Positions 37,156-46,488 of a stretch of DNA of 64,000 nucleotides are shown here, one piece after another. A model generated the notes under the pieces. The model was not told where the DNA came from. It was given only the letters and a program-made list of their open reading frames with translations, and did not search any database. The position numbers were made by a program, and so were the translations under genes. Every line of letters starts with the position of its first letter. Positions within the stretch are counted from its first letter, which is position 1. The DNA is taken from the IMG/VR virus record IMGVR_UViG_3300028676_000005, positions 124,001 to 188,000 of that record. The stretch is one strand, 5' to 3'.

Positions 37156-39444
37156 CTAGTTACCATCCTTCTTAGGAGGAGTCTGTTTAGCCAACACTCC
37201 GTAATAAGTTTTAGGGAGGTTAAACGTGTCATCAGGCGGCGTCAACAACCCGTAGTAAGTCCTTGGGATGTAGAACGTATCGTCAGGTGTGCCCAAAATG
37301 CCGTAATACGTGTCAGGTATTATGAAGTAGTTAATTGGGTCGTCATTACCAATAGAACGGATGTACGAGTTATCTTGAACCTTAACAGTGTATTCAAAAG
37401 AGTGCTTGAACTTGTCAACACTCTTAATGAAGTTGTTATCTTTCAGCTTGATGGTCGAAGCCATGTCCGCTTCAATAGTAGGCCTATCTGGAAACAAAAA
37501 GGCCAATACAGATTCAAGTTCTCGGATACCGTCCATGTTGGATTGGACGTTAAGCATCACGTTTCCAAAGTCAGCATCAAGACTATTGCCAGGGCCTGTC
37601 AGTTTACTGTCACCAACTGACACTTCGTTTGGAAGTTCGGTAACACCGATCTCATCAGCCATCTCTTTAATGAAATGGATGGTGTACGAAGAGAGCCGAG
37701 ACATGATATCGATAAGGTCGCTTTGCTTGACCCGCATGTTTGGTTGGATATTGGTATCCCAGCCAGTCACACGTTTAAAGATATCCCAGGCAAACGTTTT
37801 GCACTCAGCCGCTGAGTAGTCAGAGAAGTCCAGGTTGTAATCACGCAACAACAGATCGTACTTGGTATATTCGCCAAGCTTAACGAAACCTGAATCGTAA
37901 ACTGTCTTAGTGGCGTTTTTAACTCGAGCACGTTTATTCAGATCGTAAAACTGACTGTACATCTTCTTGTGTTTCCACATCGCCTCATAAACCTCAAAGG
38001 CGTACTGGACAAGATAGTCAGGGGCTACAAAGTTAGCAACTGGAAACCAAATGTTGCGGATATCGTAGGCAAGGTATTCGGGGTAAATAAAGTTCTTACC
38101 GCCAGCCTCATAGACGTCTGCAAGACTAGGTGGCTTAATTCGCATCACGTTCTGGTAATAAACTGGACCAATGTCAACAGGGTGGAACCCATTGCTATAA
38201 TCGACCAGATACCGCCAAATGTGATACGCATCGGCAACTGTCATCTTGATTTGTTTGCCAGTCTTTGGATCAGACACGACAACACGACCAGTGAACTTGT
38301 TATTGCCAACCAGATAGATCCATTCGTTATACACAACAGACATCAAAGTATCAGCATGGCGGTTGGTGTAGTCACGCATGCTAGATTCTAAGACTTTAGT
38401 AGGTAGTTCCGAGTGAAGACTGTACTTACCACGTTCTAAGGCGTCCTGTTGATAGATGGCCGTTTGATCGTAGTTGTCCCTGGCTAACAACTGCTGTTTA
38501 AGAATAATCTGTTCAGTGGTGTTGTAGGTGGGTTCCCGGCCGTAGTCCTCAATGAGATTAAGGTTAAGACGGCGATACAACGGAGTTGGACTAAGATCTT
38601 CCAGCTGCGTTGCGGTACCTTCCACCATGTCAAACTTAGCCAGCGGAATATTTGCAATAGTCAGCAAATTCTCCATCAGCTTATTAAACGTCAACGTCTG
38701 CCCGGGGTTATTCTTAATCCAGGCAATGTTACGAAACAACCACATGGTTTGTTCGCGGTTAAGACTATTTTTATATTTGGAGAAATCCCCGTAGGAATCA
38801 ATGTGGCTCCAGATATAAAAGTCATGACTGTGCCGAGTGTACATGTCTTCAATGCGAATTGTGTGAATTGCTTTGATGACGTCAGCCATAAGCAAACGGC
38901 TCATGGTAGGGAGAAACAAGTTATCCGTACCGATATATTCGTTGTTAAAAAGCTGACTGACTTCAGACTTAATAAAGTTTTGAAGCTTTGGAATTAACTG
39001 GTCCTCGTTCCACAATACTAACTTTTCATTGTACCGAAGAATCTTATAGTCATCGGCGGGAATCGTTTCCGCATAAGGGATCGGGGAGAGTATGCCGCGT
39101 ATCAGTGTTGGTTGAGCTGGATAACGTTCGGTAAGCCGTTTAAACCAATAACCGCCCTTAGCGTATTCACGGAAAGTAATCAGGTGAACACGCAGGTTCT
39201 CTTTGTTAAAGACGATTTCTTCGTCGTTATCCAGAGAGTTAACGGTCATTGGTACGTCGGTCTCATGATAGTCCCCGTTAAGGTTCATGTAGTACCGCCA
39301 AGTAGCTTTATCTTCTTTTACAATATAACCCACACGCTCTAGGGCCTGGTTATATCGTTTTGCTAACGCCTCATTTTTGATAACCATGGTTCTTGCAAGG
39401 GAAAAGATGTCCCTGAAGTACCTGTCTTTATCAGCATTATTCAT
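37156..39444 (-). CDS. baseplate wedge-type virion protein (phiKZ gp128-like) with three C-terminal TYYG repeats
   Basis: WRYY.NLNGDYH..D, HSHDF, TKVLES, LSSYT; divergent from portal. Confidence 0.7.
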   Translation of the reverse strand: MNNADKDRYFRDIFSLARTMVIKNEALAKRYNQALERVGYIVKEDKATWRYYMNLNGDYHETDVPMTVNSLDNDEEIVFNKENLRVHLITFREYAKGGYWFKRLTERYPAQPTLIRGILSPIPYAETIPADDYKILRYNEKLVLWNEDQLIPKLQNFIKSEVSQLFNNEYIGTDNLFLPTMSRLLMADVIKAIHTIRIEDMYTRHSHDFYIWSHIDSYGDFSKYKNSLNREQTMWLFRNIAWIKNNPGQTLTFNKLMENLLTIANIPLAKFDMVEGTATQLEDLSPTPLYRRLNLNLIEDYGREPTYNTTEQIILKQQLLARDNYDQTAIYQQDALERGKYSLHSELPTKVLESSMRDYTNRHADTLMSVVYNEWIYLVGNNKFTGRVVVSDPKTGKQIKMTVADAYHIWRYLVDYSNGFHPVDIGPVYYQNVMRIKPPSLADVYEAGGKNFIYPEYLAYDIRNIWFPVANFVAPDYLVQYAFEVYEAMWKHKKMYSQFYDLNKRARVKNATKTVYDSGFVKLGEYTKYDLLLRDYNLDFSDYSAAECKTFAWDIFKRVTGWDTNIQPNMRVKQSDLIDIMSRLSSYTIHFIKEMADEIGVTELPNEVSVGDSKLTGPGNSLDADFGNVMLNVQSNMDGIRELESVLAFLFPDRPTIEADMASTIKLKDNNFIKSVDKFKHSFEYTVKVQDNSYIRSIGNDDPINYFIIPDTYYGILGTPDDTFYIPRTYYGLLTPPDDTFNLPKTYYGVLAKQTPPKKDGN
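37192..37326 (-). repeat. three copies of a 17-aa-period motif
   Basis: FIIPDTYYGIL / FYIPRTYYGLL / FNLPKTYYGVL. Confidence 0.95.
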
Positions 39445-39469
39445 AAGTTAACTCGCTAAGGGAATTCAC

Positions 39470-42400
39470 ATGTCGTATAGATCTAGGTCCACTACGGTGG
39501 GCAATACCCCCGTAGATATCACTCAGGTACGGCAAAACTTTAGTAACATGCCTACGTATATTCGGTCCACTCTTCGCAACGCTGTTCCTCTTAATGGCGT
39601 GTCACCAGAAAAAGGTGATGTTGGCGGTGTAGAAACCGTTAACCAATATAAGTTACAGCGTCTCAGTGACGTTTTAAGCAACAACATCAATGCGGTGACT
39701 GACCTACGTGCCATTACGCCGTATGTGGACAAAGCAGAGCTGATTTGGGACACTATCTTGCTTTACCCTAACGGTAAGCAGGACAAGATTCTTACGTACA
39801 GCACGCTGCCTTCCAAGCTGAAGAACGTCGCATTGCATACAGAACTGCTTAAGGTGTGGGAAGAATACTTCACCAACGACTATAAGATCGAGGAAGATCT
39901 TAGCAAAATGATTAAGGATATCCTCTGGAATACGGGGAGTTACGTCCTTTTTAATCTTAGTCGTCCTGGTCTTGATTACCTGATTAATGGTAGTGAAGTT
40001 GACCCTAAACACAATTCTGAAAATGAGCCTCTTGACGCCAAAGCTAGAGAAGGTGCCGAGGCTTTCCAGCTTTACGAGCGTAAGTTCCGTGAAGCAGCTA
40101 TGAACGAGTTTAACAACTCGTTTGCAAACGACCCTACCAATAACAAGGTAAAGGTTCGTAACCTCGGTAAATTCATTAAAGACCCTAACAAGAAAGCCGC
40201 CCCGTCTGTTATTAACGGTTTGGAGCGCTTGCTTAAGGATGCCGGGTCTGTTCAGGAAGACGAGTATCGTCTGTTTGATAATGAGTTTGACCCTTCCAAC
40301 GATATTGATATCACAATTACGGATAACCCTGCTTGCTTGTTCCTACCTCGCTTTCACCAGAAGCGTCGAGAAGAGCAACTGGGTAGTGTAGTTGGTCAAG
40401 AAAACATCAACATGATGGTGGAACGCGCTCTTAAGAAAGACAAAGATCGCGATCCAATCGGTCCTAACGACACAGACAAAAAAAGAAAGAAGGCTGCTCC
40501 ATCTGACGCGACTACCCAAAACCTGGATTCGCATCAGGTTGCTGAGATTGCGCGGGAACTTTACCCAAGCCGAAACATTCGTTCTCAATCGATGCAGTTT
40601 GTTAAAAGCATTGATACTCTGTCAGTAGCACCTTACGGTCGTGGGTTGGTTTTCCATATCCCTAGTGAGGCATGTATCCCTATTCATCGTAATGGTGTAC
40701 GCCGGGCGAATCCGGATATCATTGTTCTGATGGATCGTGATACTGGTGAGTTCCTTAAGAACACTACCGACCCTGAGTACTATCAGTCCACTTCAGCTGT
40801 TAGAGGCGGGCTCAGTAACAAGAACAAGACTGGTAGCGAGAACGCTATCATCTCTAGTCTTCGTACTGTTCAGTCTGGTAAACCATGTGATTTCGACATG
40901 CGTGAGTTTGCAGACATTAACCGGTCTAACCTCATTCGTCAGTTCACGTCGGCTGTTATTAGCGACAAGGCTGATTCGGTAAGCATTACTCTGGACGAGG
41001 AAGTCAACAAGATCTTCTTGTCTCGTATGTTTGCTAAACAGGGTGTTCGTTGCTTGTATATCCCTGGTGAGGCTATTACCTACATGGCGCTGAAGTATAG
41101 CGAACTTGGTACCGGTCAATCGCTTACACAACTGGCTAAGATGCATATTGCCCGTCTGGCTGCTTTTGACGTCGCTGACACCCTGGCTAACCTCGAGGCT
41201 GCGCAACCCCATACGTTGATGAACATCACGCATGGTAAAGAGGATGGGGACCCTGAGAACACGGCTGCTATTGCACGGGCTTCGTTCTACGATAACAACC
41301 CTGGTCTTCATAGTCTGATTTCCTCTGCACAGCTTTCAGTACCAAGCATTGTGGAATCGATGCGTAACTCGTCGTTGACTATTAAAGTTAACGCCGGTGA
41401 TAACCCATTGGTAGCCGTTCCTGAAATCGACATGCAGCATATGGAGAAGAACCACTTTAAACCGGTGGATGACACTTCGCGTCAAAAAGTTATGAATGAC
41501 ATTGCTAACTACTTCCACACTCCTCGCAGTTGGTTGGACGTTAGTGACGATTCTAATAACTTCAAGATTGAAGCAATTACTGAACACGACATGGTTGTTA
41601 ACCAAGCTGCTAACTGGCAGGATACCTTGGCTGACTTCGTTGTGGACTTCATGCGTAAACATACTCGTGTAAACGAGCCTCTGTTGAACGCATTGGTCGA
41701 AGTAATTGTAAAAAACAAGAAGCTTTGGAAGCCAGAAGGTAGTAAAGAAACTATCGCTGGTGATGAGGGTCAAGTTGTAAACATGTTGTTGGCTGACTTC
41801 TTTACTGCGGTTAAGGTTAGTTTCCCTATTCCGTCCAGCATTGAGTCTACTGACAAACTGAAGAACCAGTTGGAAGCTGTTGATGCACTGGTTACTAAGT
41901 GGATGGAGATTGCAAGTGGTGGGGCTATCCTCACTGACATCGCTACCGGCCTTGGATTTACCGATGGCAAGGCAAGCGGTGAAACAATCCTCAAACATGT
42001 TAAAGCTTACTTTTACACCGAAGCATTTAAACGTTACAACATTCCAATGCCATTTGACGATGTTGTCAATGATGGTAAGAGTGGTGGTATTGCTTCTCTG
42101 GTACATGGTATTATTCATCAGCAGGCTAACTCGCAAGAGTTCTTTGTTCAATACATGACCGAGAAACTCAAGAATGATAAATCATTCCTGAAGTCTCACA
42201 AGGCTTTGCTGGATAAGCTGCGCAGCGACATTGATGAAGCCAGCGGCGAAGAAGAAGAAACTCAAGATGGTGGTTTAGACGGCGAGACTAGTCTGACTGG
42301 TGATGTTGAACCAGGTACTGGTGGCGATAACCTCGACGTTGATGCAGAACCTCCTGCTGAAGAAGAGGAAACTGAGGAGACTGGTGATACCAAACCAGGT

Positions 42401-42508
42401 ACTGAAGAAGGCGAAGAAACTGGTACTGATGAACCCGCTGACGACGGTAACTCTGGTAGCAGTGATCCAACTTCTCCAGACTACAACCCTTGGAAAGGCA
42501 AAAAATAA
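39470..42508 (+). CDS. portal protein (phiKZ gp129-like)
   Basis: 1012 aa; L..TGSY, P.EACIP.H, G.G.SL motifs; acidic C-terminal tail; synteny. Confidence 0.75.
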   Translation: MSYRSRSTTVGNTPVDITQVRQNFSNMPTYIRSTLRNAVPLNGVSPEKGDVGGVETVNQYKLQRLSDVLSNNINAVTDLRAITPYVDKAELIWDTILLYPNGKQDKILTYSTLPSKLKNVALHTELLKVWEEYFTNDYKIEEDLSKMIKDILWNTGSYVLFNLSRPGLDYLINGSEVDPKHNSENEPLDAKAREGAEAFQLYERKFREAAMNEFNNSFANDPTNNKVKVRNLGKFIKDPNKKAAPSVINGLERLLKDAGSVQEDEYRLFDNEFDPSNDIDITITDNPACLFLPRFHQKRREEQLGSVVGQENINMMVERALKKDKDRDPIGPNDTDKKRKKAAPSDATTQNLDSHQVAEIARELYPSRNIRSQSMQFVKSIDTLSVAPYGRGLVFHIPSEACIPIHRNGVRRANPDIIVLMDRDTGEFLKNTTDPEYYQSTSAVRGGLSNKNKTGSENAIISSLRTVQSGKPCDFDMREFADINRSNLIRQFTSAVISDKADSVSITLDEEVNKIFLSRMFAKQGVRCLYIPGEAITYMALKYSELGTGQSLTQLAKMHIARLAAFDVADTLANLEAAQPHTLMNITHGKEDGDPENTAAIARASFYDNNPGLHSLISSAQLSVPSIVESMRNSSLTIKVNAGDNPLVAVPEIDMQHMEKNHFKPVDDTSRQKVMNDIANYFHTPRSWLDVSDDSNNFKIEAITEHDMVVNQAANWQDTLADFVVDFMRKHTRVNEPLLNALVEVIVKNKKLWKPEGSKETIAGDEGQVVNMLLADFFTAVKVSFPIPSSIESTDKLKNQLEAVDALVTKWMEIASGGAILTDIATGLGFTDGKASGETILKHVKAYFYTEAFKRYNIPMPFDDVVNDGKSGGIASLVHGIIHQQANSQEFFVQYMTEKLKNDKSFLKSHKALLDKLRSDIDEASGEEEETQDGGLDGETSLTGDVEPGTGGDNLDVDAEPPAEEEETEETGDTKPGTEEGEETGTDEPADDGNSGSSDPTSPDYNPWKGKK

Positions 42509-42520
42509 AAGACTAGAGAC

Positions 42521-42554
42521 TACTACTCCTACCGCTTGCGCGGTAGGAGTAGTA
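42521..42554. terminator. bidirectional terminator
   Basis: TACTACTCCTACCGC / GCGGTAGGAGTAGTA 15-bp stem. Confidence 0.8.
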
Positions 42555-42560
42555 TATCTT

Positions 42561-43472
42561 TTATTTGTTTACGTTTGCCAGAACCCAGTGGACATTTGGC
42601 ATGTCTTTGAGATCGTGCAGCTCAGTTACGGCGATCATGCCAGGAACTTGTTCTTCGGTTGCAAACAAGATCAAAGCGCTTTCGTTGTAGCCGAACTCTT
42701 CCGGCTCGTGCATTGTTGCCAGGTTGGTGATGAACGCCATGAAGTTCTTGGCAAACTCTTGTGCGTCGCCGAAAGCTTCTGGCCAGTTACCGGCCTGAAA
42801 CACGTTGTGCAAATGACCAACCACAGTTTCTGGTTTGATAGTTGCCGTTTCGTCGGTGTATTCCAGGATATCGGTGAGTTTCACTACCATTGGAAAGGTG
42901 GTAGGGATTTCGTCACCCTGGTCGAGTTGGACTTCGGTGGCGATCTTGTTCAAACGATCGAAGTCGATCTTGTGAAACAGGGCCATTGCTTCGTCAACTT
43001 CCACCGGCGTTGGTTCGAAAGTTTTGTTGACGTACAGGTAAGCCCAGTACTGCGTCTTGGCGCCTTGCGCGGCATTCATGCTGGCGATGGAGTCGATGAC
43101 GTTGTTGGTGTTTGGTGGTGCCATGAAGAAGATGCAGTTTTCGGAGAAAGCTTCTGCTTCGTTCATGTCCAGGATGTTCAGCAGTGTCGCGGTGATACGC
43201 TCCAACAGGTTTTCCAGCCGCAGGAAGTCTTTAGGCCAGTTACCGACCCGGCGGATATCTGCAAAGGCTTGTGCGATAACAGAGACGTCCACGTAGGGAT
43301 GTCCGGTGTCACCACGTTCTTTGAAAAGCAGGCGGCCAGGAATGGTAATTGGAAAACTGTTAAAACGTGGGATCTCGCCAGTGTCCAGGAACGCGTCCAG
43401 GACCGGGCGGCTGAAAGTGAATACTTTCTGGAAATCTTCTTGGGAGGCAAACTTTGGTTGTGCATTTTCCAC
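42561..43472 (-). CDS. early protein with internal domain duplication
   Basis: GNWP..F and W.....VNK each occur twice; GTG start after AGGAG. Confidence 0.75.
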   Translation of the reverse strand: MENAQPKFASQEDFQKVFTFSRPVLDAFLDTGEIPRFNSFPITIPGRLLFKERGDTGHPYVDVSVIAQAFADIRRVGNWPKDFLRLENLLERITATLLNILDMNEAEAFSENCIFFMAPPNTNNVIDSIASMNAAQGAKTQYWAYLYVNKTFEPTPVEVDEAMALFHKIDFDRLNKIATEVQLDQGDEIPTTFPMVVKLTDILEYTDETATIKPETVVGHLHNVFQAGNWPEAFGDAQEFAKNFMAFITNLATMHEPEEFGYNESALILFATEEQVPGMIAVTELHDLKDMPNVHWVLANVNK

Positions 43473-43509
43473 GGTGTTTCTCCTGATTTAAAATCGTTGG
43501 TTTTTTACT

Positions 43510-43537
43510 AAAAAGAAAAGCCCCAGTTAGGGCTTTC
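43510..43537 (-). terminator. short hairpin with T tract
   Basis: AAAGCCC / GGGCTTT. Confidence 0.45.
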
Positions 43538-43547
43538 CCGGATGGGA

Positions 43548-44000
43548 CTATTTGACGTCACGAGCTTTCCAAGCGTCATAACCTTCTTTTACTTTTGCTT
43601 GCAGCTCTGCCAGCTTTTCTGGAGATACCAGATCAACTGCTTGCAGCTTACCGTCGACCAGGAAATGGACGTCGGAGATGAAGCTTGCTGTGATGATGTT
43701 GGTGGATTGGTTTTCGTTGTAGTCGAGAATGGATTGCTCCATGGTTTTGTCAAACTTCTCAACTACACCGCCGCAGCTATCACGGCTGATATGTGGCAGG
43801 TTGAACGAGTCGACGTACATCGCGTTAAGCGAGAAGTAACGCGCATCGTGCAGGCTAACGGTGAATTCTTTATTGCCGGTAACCAGTTTAGCGAGACCGA
43901 AGATATTGCGCATACCGCCGCACGCATGGTCATCTTTGCAAGAACCGGCGGAGGTGTTTACTGCGGCCAGTACTGCTGCGAAATTGTTAACTACTTGCAT
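43548..44000 (-). CDS. hypothetical early protein (150 aa)
   Basis: AGGAG RBS, directly after early promoter. Confidence 0.75.
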   Translation of the reverse strand: MQVVNNFAAVLAAVNTSAGSCKDDHACGGMRNIFGLAKLVTGNKEFTVSLHDARYFSLNAMYVDSFNLPHISRDSCGGVVEKFDKTMEQSILDYNENQSTNIITASFISDVHFLVDGKLQAVDLVSPEKLAELQAKVKEGYDAWKARDVK

Positions 44001-44051
44001 GATAGAACTCCTGATTAGTAATCAAATGATTTACTGTTGTTATCTACCCAA

Positions 44052-44085
44052 GTAATATAGACTTGAACCATTTCAAAAGTTAAAA
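44052..44085 (-). promoter_or_regulatory. putative early promoter, extended form
   Basis: Minus strand TTTTAACTTTTGAAATGGTTCAAGTCTATATTAC. Confidence 0.8.
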
Positions 44086-44094
44086 CAATAGTGT

Positions 44095-44130
44095 ATAACT
44101 CTACTGGCCTTTGTGGGCCAGTAGAGTTAT
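44095..44130. terminator. hairpin terminator
   Basis: ATAACTCTACTGGCC / GGCCAGTAGAGTTAT 15-bp stem. Confidence 0.7.
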
Positions 44131-44136
44131 TTACAG

Positions 44137-46488
44137 TCAATCAGTTTTCAACAGTACCAAAGGTTTTTCGGCATTGATGTGACGCAGTGTTGCCACGTTA
44201 CGATCTTCGACGCTGTAGCTGAACAGCCACAAGTGTTCGGTGCTGCTGAAACGGATCAGGTGATCACGATAACCAGTGAGGCAATCTTCACCCTCTACTT
44301 CTACCTGCACTTCTACCAATTGGAAGAGTTCTGGAAGAACACTACGTTTGATGTACTGTGCAACGTTTGTTTCGGCATGAATCGGACCGCCGTCGTTTAC
44401 AACGTTAGCGATATAGAAATCGCGAATGAAGTAAACATTGTTGTCGTCTTTCAACTTGTCAATAGCTGACATGTTTTCCGGACTTTGGATGAAGCGGTTA
44501 ACTTTGTGGAACATTTTGAGGTGACTGGTAATGTAGTTGTCAGCTTCACTATCAATCAGGATGTTCCAAACCAGGGCGTCTTTGCCACGCAGGTGATCAT
44601 TGAGATCCTGAATGTCGTTAACGAAGTTCTTGATCTGAAGCTTGCCGCCACCGCCCTTACCTTCAAGAGCGTTGTAACCGCAGCTGTTTACCAGCCATTG
44701 GTTAGTGACATCAGTCAAACGACCGTTGATGAAATCGGCCAGCTTTTCTGGGATGATACCTTGTTCAAAGTAATGACGCAACAGCGCACCGGCTTCCACC
44801 AAGTTTGGACGCACATCCATTTCGCTGTCGGCGAAGAGGAATGGTAGGTCCTGGAACAATCGGGTTTTGATTTCCGGGCGTTCTACTTCGTACACGTCCC
44901 AAGAGCTGACGTCAGTGAACACGCAAGCAGCTTGGCCTTTCAGGCTGGAAGTTACTTTGTTGGTGATCAGATTGATGTCGGCGAGGATTGCACGCGAATC
45001 AGTGGACACCACTGGATCAGATACAACAATGGCTGGAGTGCCTTTGCCGTGTTTCTTGATCAGAGGGATTTTCACTACCAGGTCTTTGTCTGCGGCTTCT
45101 TCCAAAGATACTGGAACAATCGGCGGATACGAATCGCCGTCTGCGCGCATTTTGTCGAGCGGTGGTAACAGGAGTGCTGGGTTCTGGATGAGGATTGGCA
45201 CGTCAACGTTCTCCAAACGTACTGGGTAGCTAAACCAGCCATCATTCTTTTCCAGGTCGATGACAACTACGCGATAAATGTTGTGCGCAATTGCATGTTC
45301 TTGACGCTGGTCTGGATGCCGGCGGAACACGCGCTGAATGTACTTCCAGTCACCTTCTGCCACGTAATAGTGGTTAGTCCGGCCGGTGAACTTGAAGTAG
45401 TGGTTCAGATCGAACGTGTGTTTGTTTTGTATGTCGAGATTTTCCAGATCGTTACGGAAGTTACCCCAAGTCATATTGACCTCTTCATGTTGTGGTTGGC
45501 TAGCGGCCTGATATTGGTGTTCTTGATAACCACCGGTGTTGAACTCTTGTGCATTACGGCGAATCATTTCAAAAGTCTTTTGCAGCTCAATGTTTTGGCT
45601 GCTTGCATCTACCTTGCGGCCTGGTGTGAACCCAAGGAATTCTGCATATGTATCTGGATCGTTAAGTCGTGCATATTCAAGCGGTGTACTGATACGTTTT
45701 ACAAAGTCAAGCTGTTGATATGGGAAAGGTGCATCAAAGAAATCCCACATGATACTGAACTGCTCTTTGAATCTGTCCAGGTTGCTAAGAATATCTTCCA
45801 GTCGCTTTGGCAACCGATTAATCCAACCTTGACCTTTCTTGGTGTAGCAAATCCAGCTAAGGAACTCCAGGAGTAGCAAATGGCTAACAGCTAACTGCAC
45901 ACCATTAAAATAATCCTGCTGAGTCCACTCTTCTTTATTACTGCGACGCAACTCTTCGATCAGGATATAACCAAAGATAATCATACCCTGGTTTGCCACT
46001 GTCTTGATAAACTCAGGACGACGACTTATCTCATCTACAAAGTCTTTCTTTATTGGATCTACCGCACCGGTGATGTTGTCGAGAATAAACGAGTCACGAA
46101 CGGTGATGTAGTTGTGATAGAACAGCTTTTGTTCACGACGCATCATGAAGTTAAAGAACTGCACCATCGGGTACTCTGCCTTGGAGATGTAATACTCTTG
46201 GCTACCGGCATCAATCCCCCCACCGGCCTCCAACATCCCTGCTAGCACTTCGTTAGTTTCAATACCACCAGCACCAGTACGCCAGTTAAACCCGCCTACT
46301 GGTTGTCCATTGCGCTCAGCAGCACCACCCATGATTGCGCGGATAGTGCTGCCAGGGGCCATAGCACCTGATTGTACACCTAACGGTTGTTGCCCTCCCA
46401 TACCACCAATACCACGATGCTGGGCTGGCGGGTTTGCGTTGTCCAGATTTACCCCAAACTGTCTAGTAGAACGCAGTGAATCACTCAT
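44137..46488 (-). CDS. large hypothetical protein coupled to nvRNAP subunit gene
   Basis: 783 aa, ATGA overlap. Confidence 0.7.
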   Translation of the reverse strand: MSDSLRSTRQFGVNLDNANPPAQHRGIGGMGGQQPLGVQSGAMAPGSTIRAIMGGAAERNGQPVGGFNWRTGAGGIETNEVLAGMLEAGGGIDAGSQEYYISKAEYPMVQFFNFMMRREQKLFYHNYITVRDSFILDNITGAVDPIKKDFVDEISRRPEFIKTVANQGMIIFGYILIEELRRSNKEEWTQQDYFNGVQLAVSHLLLLEFLSWICYTKKGQGWINRLPKRLEDILSNLDRFKEQFSIMWDFFDAPFPYQQLDFVKRISTPLEYARLNDPDTYAEFLGFTPGRKVDASSQNIELQKTFEMIRRNAQEFNTGGYQEHQYQAASQPQHEEVNMTWGNFRNDLENLDIQNKHTFDLNHYFKFTGRTNHYYVAEGDWKYIQRVFRRHPDQRQEHAIAHNIYRVVVIDLEKNDGWFSYPVRLENVDVPILIQNPALLLPPLDKMRADGDSYPPIVPVSLEEAADKDLVVKIPLIKKHGKGTPAIVVSDPVVSTDSRAILADINLITNKVTSSLKGQAACVFTDVSSWDVYEVERPEIKTRLFQDLPFLFADSEMDVRPNLVEAGALLRHYFEQGIIPEKLADFINGRLTDVTNQWLVNSCGYNALEGKGGGGKLQIKNFVNDIQDLNDHLRGKDALVWNILIDSEADNYITSHLKMFHKVNRFIQSPENMSAIDKLKDDNNVYFIRDFYIANVVNDGGPIHAETNVAQYIKRSVLPELFQLVEVQVEVEGEDCLTGYRDHLIRFSSTEHLWLFSYSVEDRNVATLRHINAEKPLVLLKTD

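Noticed and set aside
37150-37165. Frameshift fusion of the 762-aa gene (ends DGN) to the 137-aa gene
   Set aside because: No slippery heptamer (T_GGT_AAC) and the -1 frame has TAA at that position
42240-42470. GAA-rich repeats at the portal 3' end
   Set aside because: Low-complexity acidic protein tail, not a DNA repeat array
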